Positions 24,601 through 38,262 of a DNA stretch of 64,000 nt are shown piece by piece. Position numbers and translations under genes: made by a program. This DNA is from Gordius albopunctatus (Eukaryota). The notes beneath the pieces were generated by a model. The model saw only the letters and a list, made by a program, of their open reading frames with translations, was not told the origin of the DNA and ran no database searches. The stretch spans positions 12,958,001 to 13,022,000 of the forward strand of contig OZ193909.1 of assembly GCA_964276515.1 (NCBI GenBank). The letters run 5' to 3'. Positions within the stretch are counted from its first letter, which is position 1, and every line of letters starts with the position of its first letter.

Positions 24601-27600
24601 CGGTTCAATACTATAACAAAGTTACCCGCCCGAAACATGAGTTTCCGCCAGCCATGTAAGAATTAATAGAGCTCTCCGAAATGTCCGGCCCGATTATAAA
24701 TTTTTGGCAGAAATTTCGTATATTTTCCAAAACTTTTACAAAAATTCTCAGTTTTCGTTGCATTACGATTATTATTAAATATAATACAATAATATAAAAA
24801 GGTGACAAAATAATACACATAAACAAAACACTATATAAAGAATCTCATTGAGCCCAAATCTTATTATGGTGCCCGCGGTCCGGCTGATAATCTAAATTTA
24901 GGACAGTTGCTAGGCCCGACCGGGCTTGTCTATATTCAATTTCTGCTTTATACCTCTTTTTTAGCGAGCATTTAAGCATATTTAATGACTAAAAAGCCAA
25001 GTTTCAAAAAGCCTAAAAAGTGGTGAACAGGAAAGAGTGTTTCAATAAATGAGTTTACTTGTGCAAAATTCCTCTAACATATTCCATAGCTACTCGCGTT
25101 TCGGCCTCGTTGATTAGTCTCGCGTAATACTTAGCCTTGAGATGTACGAAATCTTGGTCATAATCTTCTATTGTGGCCCTGATAACACCCTCCACGTTTT
25201 TATCGTATAACCTTAGATTTAAAAATATTCAGCAGAAAGAACTTACATTAAATATTAGCTAATACAATTAATACCGTGAAGTCTAATATTAATTTTTGAA
25301 AAACGTGGATATTATAAATACCAGTAAAAATGAATTTATTGTTAGCACCTTAAACCACAAATTAATAGGACTCTTTAAAAACGGCAAGTTCTTTAATTAA
25401 AGTCATATTCACTCAAAGTTGGTCAACTTTTGCCCAAGTTAGCAGTATTTATTATAGTTATATTCAAAACTCAACTTGGCGACAATTGATTGAATCATAT
25501 TATAGGGAGGGTTTAAAGTCTGCCTCTTTTATATCCAAACAATTCAGTTGGATTCTAAAATTTCCAAATCGTCATTGCAAATCTAATGGTCAAGATAGTA
25601 GTTTATAAACGTACAAACTCCAAAGTTTTAACAAAGGTCAATTTTATCAATGACCCACGCATTTCAAACTTGCTTACGCTTGAAATATTTATCCATTCGT
25701 ATACTAAATATTGTTAAAAATTAATTGATCTATTTAAATATTTATTTATTTACAAAATCCGAAAAATATAATCATAGCTTCTTGCTACAGCAGGAGATGG
25801 ACATATGAATTATACCATTCTTTGGTCATTAGGGCTTGCAAGTGAACTTCGAGATCCATAAAAACTTCATCTAACAGATAAGCGCACCTGGATTGCATAT
25901 ATCAACAAGCATCGCATAGTTAAAATTAACACAAAAAAGAATTATTTCGCAACAGTTATTATTTCTACGAATATAACTTAAGGCAAAAAATGGGTATTCA
26001 ACCTATGGATGACTTGATTGACGAAATTCGGCTAAAGTGACGAATAATGTTATTGGACATAGAGGTGGTGGGAAAGGGAGGAATACGACGACCTCGTGTC
26101 ACGTGGAAAGGACAAGTGGACAAAGGTATGAAAACTAAGCAGATAAATCGAGACAGGGCCCTTAACCAATCAAGATGGGAGAACCTTATGCAAACGCATT
26201 ACATGACTGTGGGACCATACATGATTAAGAAGAAGTAGATAATATAGGTTTTTAAAACTAAAATATAGTACAAAGGAATTGAATACAACTCATGCAAGCA
26301 AACTTCAACGAAATCCCCATTGATTTTACCCTCTATCGGCTACTTGGTCCAAATTTTTGGTCAAATTATTCAATTTCATCTGTAATATGCTCTTATCCAT
26401 CTCGTCTTGTTCTTCCGGATCTATAACCTCGTCCCTCAGCTTGATCATGAAGTCTCCAAAACTTTGGCAATTGTTCACGACCGCTATCTGTTCGTTTATA
26501 AAATGGAACACTTATTACTCAACCTTAACCACATTTAAGCCTATTTATAAATAGTTTTTTGGATAAGTAGTGCAGTGTTGTAAAAGAACCAGGTTTTGTT
26601 CAGTCGACCTTTGGTGTTAGTCGAGTAAACAAAGTTGACATATAAAAGTAGTGATGTAATGGGCGTGTCGGGAGACCCGCCGTCTTTATACGAACGGTGT
26701 TATATTTACTTGTTGAAAAAGAAATTATACCCCCGGCTGCAGGGTAAAATTTGCATAGGAATCTTAAATTAAAACCAGGATACTGATAAAGCTCTGTACT
26801 ATGCACACATCGCCCGTCATTCCCCAAAGGAACAAGTCGTAATAAAGTAGATTTTCTTGAAGGAGAGTCTTTACACATACCTTGATTAAGAGCGATTCAC
26901 TTACATCGAAAAGGTTGACGTGTAAAAGAACATTAAATGCTTAGCGATTTTTATATTGTTACCGTGAAGAGTATATTAATTATACGTAGGAATTCCTGTT
27001 GACACGATACGTTAAATTATAATATGTTGGGATAAATACGCCCGAATTGGCGAGAGCTAAACTATTGGTGATGGCCATAAAAAAGAGACACTAAAGGCGT
27101 GCATAAAATAGCCACATCCACATTGAGTCTCACTTCATTTTAAGGCATTCGGTGTGGGTGAGGTGCAAACCGATAACTAGTATATTCCTTCGTAAGAGAC
27201 TCGGTCGTGCCATTAGATGTGTGCTAAGGGGTGTTAGCTTGCTGTTCTCTGCAATCATGCCTAAACAATATAAGCTTGGCAAGTGTGGCGAGAAAATAGG
27301 GCACATGTAGTAGCGTGTTATGAGATTAACAACGCACGCCCCGTAGTAATTTTATCTTTACTGAAGACCATAAGGGACGAATTGGTAAAAAAGGGACCTT
27401 ACACCAGGGAAGCGCATCTCACGCTAACCTCTTAAAATAGTGAAGGGACTAAGTCTGTTTACTCCTTTTAACAGCGCAAGTCTTAAGGCGCGCCAAATAA
27501 CATCACTACTTATAGGCTTGGTCGCAATTCGAAAAACAGACTAAGGAGTTTGGTCCATTTTTATTAGGTCGGACGTTAGTCTTAGTTGAATCAATGGTCA

Positions 27601-30600
27601 ACTATACAGACCCCAGGTCTATTTATATGTCGTTAATGGGCGTAGCCAGGATTGGAATTAAGGGGAGGCAGTAATGATTTATGGAAAGTAAATATACTAA
27701 TTTCTTAAAATGTAAGCCATAATAATTTTAATTTTTTATTGTTTCTAGATTTAGAGGGCAGCCGCCCCCCCCTGCCTCCCTCTAGCTACGCCCGCGCATT
27801 TTACTAATAATACTCTCACTAAATCTCAAGAAGGCTTTTTCATTAATTAGATGATAATATTTCTAATCTATCGGTATACAAAAGGATGTACCGTGTAATG
27901 GATGTAAAAGTGGGGAAATTTGCGATCCAACACGTGGCTTTTATGGTATAGGACCAGGGCATCTAAAGGAATTAAATAAATTGAAATAAGAAAAGGAAGA
28001 GGTAGAATAGAAACATGGTAAAATTATAAAGGTACATTGTCTTTTTAAACGTAAACTATGGAAACGATACAAATTAAAAATATCGGTCAAATTTATTTAG
28101 CAACCTATAATATTTATATAAATTAAAAAATTTTAGTTACAAATATTAATTAAAATAACAGTTGAAAAGTTAATAATGTCTTTAGCTATGAAAAATATAA
28201 AATAATATTAGGCTTTTAAAATTATGGCGAAATAAATAAATTTTAGCGTTGAATAGAAAATTAGTTTGAGCCATATTACTCGAGTATAAATTAGCGAATT
28301 CCCCCATCTGATTCACGAGCAAATGTATGGCTTTTGTTGTTAGCGCTTGATTCACTTGTTGGGCAACTCTGATCTGCAAAGAATATAAATGAAATATAAT
28401 CTAAAAATTTTTAATTATATCGTTCGGGGGAATATTACTATACTTCTATTAATTTTTTTTTGAGTTATATTTTAAAAACAGATCGACCTTGCTTGGACTA
28501 AAGTTGGTACAGTCGGCCCAAGTAAAATGATTGAGGCGGCTAATTGCTATTAAAGTCAGAGGTCTAAGGAAAATCTTAGTTGTTATTCTAAAATTTGTCA
28601 AATCGTCGGACAACTTTTTTGGCCCAAAGATTTGGTAGTTTAGAGCAATGTGGAGCAAAAAATTAATGATTGTACCATTCAGATAATAAGGATCAAATTC
28701 TTAAGTCAGACCTTGTATTGTATGTACACACCGTGTGTAAACACTAACTGAGACTATAACAAATATTTTGGGAATGGGGTATCGTTTATTTAAGAATTAG
28801 CGCGTCCTTACATTTTGTTTGCACATGTCGTGTAGGACGAAAGGCATCTGTGTGTGATAGTATACGCCGTTTAAAATATCGGGTTCCTTTTCCAAATTCC
28901 AATCCTATTGAAAGTTGTATAATTGCATACATGAACGGGGTACAATATTAGAAAATTTAGGTGTAAGTTAACAAATAAAGCCTACCTAATATACGTATGC
29001 TGCTTTCCAAAATAAACCTAAGATTTCTATATAAATCCAATATTTTTTTGTTTGAATCATATAAAAAGGGAATATTTGAACGTATTAAGAGATTAAAAAA
29101 GTCGAAGCCCAAGTGAATTAATATATACAGACAGAATTTATAACTTAGGTTAACAACATTAGATCAAATAAACGAACAAAAAACATGAAATTTCTAAGGC
29201 GCCACTTCGCGGGTATACTTTGGAATCAGCCTTCACCGTGTTTTGCATCCATTCTTGCACGTTGCTTTGCATGGTTTGCAAATATCTGTGCACAAAGTAA
29301 ATACAAATATAAGGTTGATATCGAGCAATAAAACTTTAACTCTGTGAGAATCATAAAATAGTATTTTCATAATCTTAGGGGCGCTTCAAAGGACTATTTA
29401 CCAAATTAGGTTCCACCAAAATGGCTTTTAATTAAAATTAAATTTCGTATTTTTTTAAAATTACCCCATTATACTTTCAGCAGTCGAAGTTGATCATCTA
29501 TAAAAAATGCATCAGTTTTCAAGGCAATTCTTAACTGATAATATATTAGGTATTATAAAAAAATGTTGTAAAAATGATGGCCATCTATAGCTTTACTTTT
29601 CGATCAAAACATCGGCGACAGTCTGATCCAACAGGGGCCCGAAAAGGGTGGAACTTATCTGCAAATCCGGGTGACCCAGTAAATCCCTTCCACTAATACC
29701 ATTAAATGTATACATTAATGTGCGTAGCATTTTTTTACGAATTTTAACCGTTTTTTACGACTTATAAATTATAAAATTGCCGATGTAGATCGTTGTTTAA
29801 TGCATAATTCAACAATAAAACCTTGTATCTAGCTTGGATCTACGGGCCATTCCATGTCGATTCGTCAAAAAAGACATATTAATAGGCGACTGAGTATTAA
29901 AATATATTTTATGAAAAGTTCGATCGATGATAGTGAAAACATCTAATATTCTATTCAACAGTGAATTTATAAACACCAAAATATATAATTTAAACCAAAG
30001 TCCCTTGCACACAAGATCTAAGAGCTAGCCCTGAACCCGTTTAATAGTGTTGTTTCATTTTATTGCTTTTTAAACCCAAAATTGATTTTTTTATATAAAT
30101 TTAGGGCTTAACGTAGGTTGTGAAAATAGGGATTTGCAAATGTCCCAATTAATACAATCCCAATTGTAAAAAGTTTCAACCAAACATGAAATTTATCAAA
30201 GGTATAGCAATGAGCACTCGTAATCTTTGATCCAGGTTAGTAGGGTGATGATCTCGTTCCCTTCCAAGTTTTCGTCCACCAATTCGTGCAGCTATGATTG
30301 TAAAAACAAATTAAGAGTAGGATTAAAAATTACACTGGGCAACAAATAGTGGACTTATAAAATCGAAACCATGTTATTTAGCGGCTATATTCTCATGAGA
30401 AATTTAGCATTACTAGAACACGTTGATGTAAATCATGGTTCATGATATAATAATCTGAATATAATCAAAGTAATTAGATTTAGTCTTTGTTAAGTTTAAG
30501 AAACTATGCCGTGGATTTTTGCAATCAGTCTTAAAACGACTTGGCGTTTTATTTCGAACACATAGGGCGCTTTATGACAACGGAGAAAAACCAAGTTAAA

Positions 30601-33600
30601 ATATCCTTTAAATGCGCTAGAAATATACAAACTCGGCCCAAAGTTATTTAAAACTAGATTTTGCCATTGAGAACTCTCGTTTCCTAACAATAAAGCTAGG
30701 TCGATTTAAAAAATATTAGCAAAACATTGTATAGATTCAAAAGACAGACCAGCTCCTTGAAAAATGTCGTAGTCAAGACTTAATTTTTACCCAAAAATGA
30801 AAAATTATTATGACAATATTAAAAGTAGGAGAGACCGGGGCTATCTCGACCATAAAATTTCAAAGACGCCTGGACAAAAATTGTCAACGGATTTTCATAA
30901 ACTTTTCCCAGAAAAATGTTCTTGTCCACAGTGTTTATCAAAGGAAAAAATTTTTAGCAACACAGTTTATAGATTTTTCGTAATAAGGGTTCAAAAAAAG
31001 ACAACTCGTATAAATTCTAAAAATGACTGGGCTTAAGGCGTCCTTCAAAAGGGGCTATCGCGTCCTCTCTTATATTAAGTCCTAAAACTATAAAAAGATT
31101 TATTTGCATGTGCTTAAATTGCCAAAATATTAAATGCAGATAGTTTTTTGCAACTTATAAAATTTAATATCATTATTTAAATGTGTTTTATCTATGATTT
31201 TTATGTTAAAATATGATATAGACTAAGTGCATGGCATAAATTGCAAAAACATAAGTTTATACAGGATTATATTTGTGTTTTTTATGTTAAAATTAATGAC
31301 TTAAGTGAATTTGCTTAAATTTTTATATATTAAAAAGTTTATAACCTATTAATATAAAGCTTTATAAAATGATTTAAGAAAAGTGCCTTTCCTAAGATTT
31401 TTGTTTTAGAATCAATGATTTAAATGCGTTATTGATATCAAAATGTCATATAAAGTTGATAATTATTAAAAATGGGATTAAGATATACAATTATTGCATA
31501 TGATGAAACAATCATCATTGCAACATGAGCCATGAGCCCATAAAAAGCATTTCCTGCAGCTATACCAGTCTTCATTATTGTGATTGTTTTTATAGTCTTT
31601 ACCACATATGAGGCAATAATCTTTTGATTTTATTTATTTTTTAGTATTCTTCTCTTGGCATCTGGCCGCCCTTTCCCTTGCCTTTTTTTATTAGGTGATG
31701 ATGTGAGTATTGTAGATATTTGCAGTCTAGTGGAAGCCTTTCTAGTAAAAATAGGCTGGGGATGAAGTAATTCTGGGTTAAAATTATTCAAGGACTCTTG
31801 ATTATTGGAAGCTTGAGATTCATTGAAATTAAAGGACTCACTTGTATTTGAGGAATATAACGAGTTTACAATTTCTTCATTAAAAATTTGTGGGTTATAT
31901 GGCCAAATACCACATGATAAAAACCCTTTTTGTACATTTAGAATGGATGCTGCCCCTGGTAAAACATCTTCGACTATTGCAGGAATTTCATATATGGAAA
32001 ATACTTTTCCTGGATTCCCTCGCATCCAATAATCTTGTGTCGAATTATAGTACTTTTTTAAGGGACCAAAACTGATACGTCCAAGGACTGTAATTTATGG
32101 GTACAGTGTGGGGGGAATAGTTAACAAATCGATTCCATTTTCATAACATATGTCAATAACCTCAATACATGAATGTGTTTGATGGTTATCAAGAATAAGT
32201 AAAACTTTTTTTGTTTTATTAGGTTTGGCATACTTGATAAAATGAAATGAATGAGTGAAAAGGAAGCGATAGCCGCGGCCGCGATAACCCCAGCGTTGTC
32301 ATTGCATTTTAAGTTGTGCTTATAGATGATTAAACTCGTCAAAAGTATAAATTTACACATAAATATAATAAAAGAGTCAATACTTATTTATTTAGTATAC
32401 GTTTAAAGTTAGTAAAACAAGTAATTTTTGATTAATTGACAAAATTCGAAAATTTAAAAAAGGACGTTTTAGCCCCAAAAAATCTTATTTCCTGCATAAT
32501 TATTTTGTAGCATAAGTTAACACAAATATTTTTTGTGCTCGAAATGTGCGCATTTAAGATTAAAATTTGAGGTCAAAATAAGCATAAATGACAAAATTAA
32601 TTGAGAGGACGTGTATAGCCCCGCGGTAAAGGAATAGCCCCGGTCTCCCCTAATCAAAAGCGCAACCTTTAGTATGAGATGATAATATAAAATCAACAAG
32701 TACAATTTTACGTCATATATTCTTTCTCTCGAACACAAAATTTAAAAACTCTCTATAAATTTTTTATAAAGTTTTCTAATCTTAATTATAAATAGGTGTA
32801 TTAATAGTTTAGACAAGTTACTAATTTTAAACGAATCTTTTTAAACTTTAACAGGCCAAATTTAAGGCTATGGCGCTTACATACCCTGCGTGACAAGGCT
32901 TTGTGGTAGAGTTGCGTCATGACAGTAAATATGTTGTACTCGGGTGGAAAGCAGGGGGGTAATAATTTCTAAATTAAAAAAACACATTAGAACTAGGCAA
33001 TATAGCAATTTGGGAAATGCTAATTTTAGAGAAAGGGGCTGTCGTCATAAGTCAAAAAATTGGAAAGAATGGGTTACTTTAATGACTCGTAAATCGTCGA
33101 GATATTTGATGCGAATGATTTCGAGGTGCTTCACAAGCCACACGTTACTTTGGTCGCGGTCCTCGTTTTGGGTTCCCTCTAAGCTGTAGGAAAAGTTACG
33201 TTTAATATACATTGATAATCGTATAAATGAGAGATTTAATGTTCAATCAGGCCAAAATATATTAATTCGTGCGGACGTTGAGTTTTGGTTAAAAAAACAC
33301 AAATTACTAACAATAGTTACAACATGTCTGAAATCCTTTATCTAAATTACTCGGAATTTTTTAAATAGAAACTTTTACCAAGTATTAAATTTTAGTTTAA
33401 AATGATCAAATGCCTAGCTTCACACTTTAAAGGCCACAGTAGCCATGGTATGAGAATCCCTTAAGTATTTACTATTCCATACAACTTTGTTTCTCAAAAA
33501 TCGCTAATCTCCAACAAGGAAATACTTTTCAACATATAAAAACTAAAGAAACTTCCATTAATAGGGCCGTCTCAAGGGATAAACCAATAATGACTCGATA

Positions 33601-36600
33601 AATCGGTATTGTTGCTTAAATTAACAATTCGTGAACATACAATATGGGAAAAAACCTATTTTCTATGGAATGGGACAAAATGTCAAAGAGGGTAGCTTTA
33701 AGATTTTTAGGTCGGCCGGGAGGCGCGAACCCACAAGCTTTGCGACGACTATCGATGAAGGCGTCACTCCTCTCTTCCCGCTCAATGATTCGGGCCATGG
33801 TAACCACCAGGGTCGGTTCTTTACGGGCCGTAGGAATAATTCGTTCGGCTATGAGCCACAGTTGCTTGCACAATTTGTCGTTCAAATCTTGCAAATCTTC
33901 GTAATACCGATTTATCAGCTGCAAACAGATGCGAAGTTTTGTTGGATTAAACTCAATAATTTTCAAATAAAATAGGAAAAGTTTTGTTTAATGTTCATTT
34001 GTTAAAAACCTGGAGCCTTGACAATAATATTAATTAACCAAATCCTATGTTTCATATATGTAAAACGAACTGTGCCAAATAATCAAACAAGCTGTTGTGC
34101 ATAGACCATATAAATGGTAATGGTATTCATCTTATTTACCCTACATGAGGCCTCTATTTCTTCAACCCAATTTCATCTGAAAATTAGACGACAGTTTATT
34201 GCTAATTTGTAGGTTAGAAAATTTGTTGTTGTATTGAGGCAAGTGCAATATAAAATAGAAGCACCTTATTGCTCAAATGATATATTGTCGCGCTTGGCTA
34301 AATTTGATAAAGAGCAACTATCGAATTTTTTTACTCGGTTAGCCATAAGAAAGAAAAGGATAATTTGTATCGACCAACAGAATAGTTTAGGGTCGGATTC
34401 GGTTTGAGGAAATTTTGGGGTGTTATAATGAGGAAATGCGACATTTACAATGATATATAGTGTTATAAAGGCAGTGATATTTCACGAACAACGCGCCCTT
34501 AACAACTATAAGAATTGTCGCGTACTGCACACAGCGAGACACTTAAAAAGTCCTTCGCCCCCATTCAATTGTAGTAGTAGGCTTAAGAGGCGGAGACATT
34601 ACAATCAAAATTTTTAGAGTTATAGAATTGAAACTTCTAGATAATTGATAATAAAAATTGATTGGATTAAAGATTTGCTATCTTTGTACGTTGGGTATGT
34701 TGAGGTCATGTTGTTTTTATAAAGATGCAAATTGAAACATCCTGGTCCCAAGTCGTCAGAGTGGTAGAAGAAAGGATCCTCCAATCGTATGCTCGAAATC
34801 AACTAAACCTTTCGTTCGAAATTGAAGGAATTTAGTTTAGAGTATATTCAGGATTAAAAAAGTAGGTATAATAAACCTATTTGAGAGACGCAAAAACGAT
34901 CGTATTCTTAAATATATTAGATATAAAGTAAAAGGGGATTTTGTGTGATCGCAGCGCAAATAAGAGCATATACACATTGACAATATTCCTTTTCTAAGAG
35001 GTTTAGCAGGGGGGTTGGGTTTGGGTGTAGGCATCCACGATGGAGGACTCGACAAAATTTAATAAATGAACAATTTAGATAAAACCTTATGATTAAACAA
35101 GGGCCGGGCCAGGCCAAAAAAGGGGGCAACGATAAAAGACATGCGGCAAATTATTATATGATCCGTGGAGTGCCCTCGCCTACATATCCATCATTTGCAC
35201 GATCGCCCTCATTCTAAAACACGAAGACAACTTATTTTAAATTTTACGATAGACATACTATAAATTATAAATTGTACTTTTTAAAGCTGTAACTCAGTTT
35301 CAAAACCTAGGCAAGGCATAAAGGGACAAACTTCCCTCCCCTCCTGTTAATTTTAAATTATAGGTAAGATTTTGGAAAATATCATTTTGCACCTCTCTAA
35401 ATCATTATAAACAATATTCAACCTGTAATTCGGATTCTGAATGAGCTAAAATTCCTTAAAGGTTGTCAACTCAACGACAAATATTAGTCAATGCAGTCAA
35501 AACGAGTGTTAAAATTTAGCACTAGTAAAACTCTAAAATTATGTATAGTTTCCATTAAATAATAGAAAGAATGTGTCTACATTTATGTCAATTTGACTCG
35601 GATTTGGCAGTTTTGACATTTCAAAGAGTAATTCGTCCCTGGAGTTTTCCAAATCTTGAATGCTAAAATAAATTTATAATATTAGAAGAAAAAGCATATA
35701 TAAATAATTATTAACTCTATTATTTATGGCACGGGATAAATAATTTCTGAATGTATAACATAAATTTGTAAAAAGAAAAACTAGAGTTGCAAATAATACT
35801 AAGAAATAAATAAGAATAAAGCATATATCTTTAAATGTATTGAGAGCTTTCACCATTGATGGGCGTGCAGAAGGTTTCCTTCGGTGAGGTAGACCATGGT
35901 TTTTTTAATGATTTCTGGTACATTAAAGATGTGCTTAAGATTTTCCACAGCAGTAGCATACTATAAATATAAAAATACAAACTTAGATATTCTGTCAAAT
36001 AAAAAAAACATTAATTGAATATTTAAAATTTAGAATAATAGACCCTGCTAATGGTAAATATTCAAATGCAATGAAAACAAATGTAAGACTTTTTATGCTT
36101 AATTTATTGTTTTTATAAACTTAAATTTAATTTTATAAGCTAGCAAATGGTATAATCAAAATTAAATTTTATAATTAAATCTACAATATATTTAAAAAAT
36201 AATTATGTTTAGATAGGTTTTCTTTGTTGCATAAGATAAATAGCAGCAACTTATTGTAACAAATGTCTAATAAAATGAATATAAGTCAATGGTTTGGAGA
36301 TTATAATTATTATATTGATAGATTTTTTTATCTAAAACTTAAAACATTTTAATGTAATTCTATAAAAAGCAAAATTAATAACAAGAGTTTTTACAAAACA
36401 CATTATTTGAGCACAAAGGTGAATGGTCATTTATACATAACATTTCTAAAGAAAATAAGAAAAATAATATAAGAAATTATTTTTGGAAAAATAGATAGCA
36501 AATTACAGTCATAAATAAAATCTACTCGACTATGCTTCCGACTTTCATCTTTAATATCCCTTAATTTTACCACCAATGGGGCAACATCTTTGTAAGTCTT

Positions 36601-37071
36601 TTTAATAACTTTGATTCTAATCAATGTAAAAATTGTTGTAAAATTTACCTCTCTTTAATATTTTGTATGTCTTTTAAAGCATTTTGAAGTTGAACTAATC
36701 CATTGTTTACACCATCAAGGTAAGATTGTATTAATGATTTTAAAAGAGCCTCTACAGTTACCTTAAAAGAGATTAAAATGTCAATGAGACTTATTCACCT
36801 TTTTTCTTTGGATTCTTTTAGAATGTTGTTCCATTTTATCGAGCTGATCTGGCCGCTAAATGATATATTAAATAGCAATAAAAAATTATTTTACTTGTAG
36901 TATATGAGCCACATATTTGATAGCAGCGTTTTTTGCTTCTTGTTGACTGTTAATTGAATCAAACGTTTCTTTGGCTTTTTGGGCAGAGGGTACATTTTTT
37001 TCAGAATCTTTTGATTGTGGCGATATTTGCGAGGCTAGTATATAAATGTTTTCGGGACGAGCAAATGCCAT
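21613..37071 (-). CDS. EXOC3: exocyst complex component 3 (Sec6), 21 coding exons, ~833 aa
   Basis: Exons: 37071-36895, 36855-36799, 36761-36649, 36616-36526, 35960-35854, 35662-35581, 33918-33656, 33183-33078, 32968-32885, 30291-30218, 29692-29597, 29285-29219, 28904-28812, 28373-28280, 27962-27892, 26487-26330, 25887-25816, 25211-25059, 24427-24325, 22639-22406, 21819-21613. All introns are GT-AG and phases match (2502 nt total). Peptides LQRPDQLDK, AVENLKHIFNVPE, RIIEREE, PPGRPKN, CFPPEY, NNCQSF and LDEVFMDLE follow vertebrate EXOC3 in order. The start codon is less certain. Confidence 0.95.
22710..23822 (+). mobile_element. non-autonomous Helitron in an EXOC3 intron
   Basis: A|TCTATATATATAAAG start, then a (TATG)n tract and a ~340-bp internal tandem duplication (22760 and 23101). 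3' hairpin followed by CACAGCTAG|T. Confidence 0.85.
23889..23925 (-). mobile_element. Helitron 3' end remnant
   Basis: GCCCGGCCAAGCGTTGCTTTGGCTGAGTC is the reverse complement of the family 3' hairpin region. The terminal CTAG is absent and the upstream extent is unknown. Confidence 0.55.
24590..24930 (+). repeat. dispersed repeat, probable decayed MITE
   Basis: Shares ATGTCCGGC and AAAAGGTGACAAA-TAATAC blocks and CCCG motifs with ~55650-55885. Confidence 0.45.
25960..26235 (+). mobile_element. RTE LINE 3' end fragment
   Basis: LDIEVVGKGGIRRPRVTW resembles the RTE C-terminal GxRxRGRP..W motif. Ends TGTGGGACCA...AAGAAGAAG, like the 48200-48841 copy. Confidence 0.7.
26649..27508. mobile_element. 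hAT-type non-autonomous element (TAGTGATG family)
   Basis: TIR TAGTGATGT/ACATCACTA, extending imperfectly to ~21 bp. Right half is homologous to 9787-11959. TSD not clear. Confidence 0.6.
27635..27796. mobile_element. CATGGGCGTAGCC-family MITE
   Basis: ATGGGCGTAGCCAG...CTAGCTACGCCC inverted ends; reverse-orientation relative of 53038-53193. Confidence 0.7.
30828..32650 (-). mobile_element. pogo/Tigger-type (DDE_1) transposon, internally deleted
   Basis: TA TSDs and TIR GGRGAGACCGGGGCTAT. Minus-strand remnants LLILDNHQTH...IPPHCTHKLQSLDVSV and KGFLSCGIWPYNP, plus a C-terminal PHD-like CLIC...WYSCRKCFLWAHGSC...CNNC. Confidence 0.92.
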
Positions 37072-37443
37072 GAGAAGAATCACAGCTGTTTTACATATGC
37101 GACTGTTGCGTCAATTAACTTAATTGTCTCATTTACATTACCTTACTACTTCACGACGTTAATTGACCAATCAAGCATACCTGGCGGAGACACCACTAAA
37201 TTGATTTATTTATAGACACCACTAAACTTGATTGATTTATTCAAAATTCACGAGTATATAAAAGGAGTTTAAAACTCTTATTACTCACTTACTTTTCTTC
37301 CAACGATTTAATTTATATTATACAATAAAGTAATTATTACTTTATTCTACATAACCTCACTTGTCGAAAGTGGTGACCCACTCTTGTTATACGCCTCCTT
37401 CTACCCTACCCTTACCCAACCCTTGTTATACGCAACCTTGTAA

Positions 37444-38262
37444 ATGGATACCAACCAAGTTGATGACGTCCAAATTAAATCGGAAAACGCTATGTTTTTC
37501 AAATTGCCCCCCTTCAATCGTATAAATCCCCGCTTATGGTTTGTCCAGATAGAGGCCCTTTTCACGATTCGACGAATAACATCTGAGTCTAGCAAACTTG
37601 GATACGTGATTGAATGCCTCCCACAAGAAGTCACAATAGAGATCCAAGATTACTTGGAGAATCTACCGGCTGAGGCCCCGTACACTACCATCCGGTCAGC
37701 TATCATCGACCGCACATCAAAATCGGACTCAGCACGATTCCACGACCTACTGTCCAACGTGGAATTGGGCGATCGTACACCCTCACAACTCTATAGACAC
37801 ATAAAAAGCCTCCTGGGTACCGCAAAAATGGACGACATCATTTTAAAACAACTGTGGTTGGAAAAACTGGACAACAACATGGCCAGCATCTTGGCGATCT
37901 GTGCAAGTGACCAGACGTTAGTCAAGCTAGCTGAAACAGCTGATAAAATCGCGGAAACGTACCATACGCCGCAAATATCCAACGTCGTCCCTGCCACACA
38001 GAGATCCCGCAACGATATTGAGACGCTCAGAGACATGGTCAATAGACTGAGCGTGAGCATCGAGACATTACTGCAAGAGGTCAGTCAAAAAAATCGTTTT
38101 CGGTCGAGAAGTAGGTCTACATCAAGGCGATTTCGATCCCCATTTCAACCCCACGCAGACGTTCCCCAGGATTGGTGTTGGTATCACCAAAGATATAAGG
38201 AAAAGGCCACGAAATGCCGACAACCTTGCAATTATATCCCGATTTCCTCGTCAAACCCATAG
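37444..38262 (+). CDS. gag: Gag (CHCC type), 272 aa
   Basis: KLPPF...[22 protein letters not shown] and [18 protein letters not shown]; open frame. Confidence 0.93.
   Translation: MDTNQVDDVQIKSENAMFFKLPPFNRINPRLWFVQIEALFTIRRITSESSKLGYVIECLPQEVTIEIQDYLENLPAEAPYTTIRSAIIDRTSKSDSARFHDLLSNVELGDRTPSQLYRHIKSLLGTAKMDDIILKQLWLEKLDNNMASILAICASDQTLVKLAETADKIAETYHTPQISNVVPATQRSRNDIETLRDMVNRLSVSIETLLQEVSQKNRFRSRSRSTSRRFRSPFQPHADVPQDWCWYHQRYKEKATKCRQPCNYIPISSSNP

Noticed and set aside
33631..33975. Plus-strand ORFs of 114 and 86 aa
   Set aside because: Antisense to EXOC3 exon 7.
34130..35060. GC-richer intronic stretch with faint LINE-like peptides (WIKDLL, GIINLFERRK)
   Set aside because: Too degraded to assign a family or boundaries by eye.
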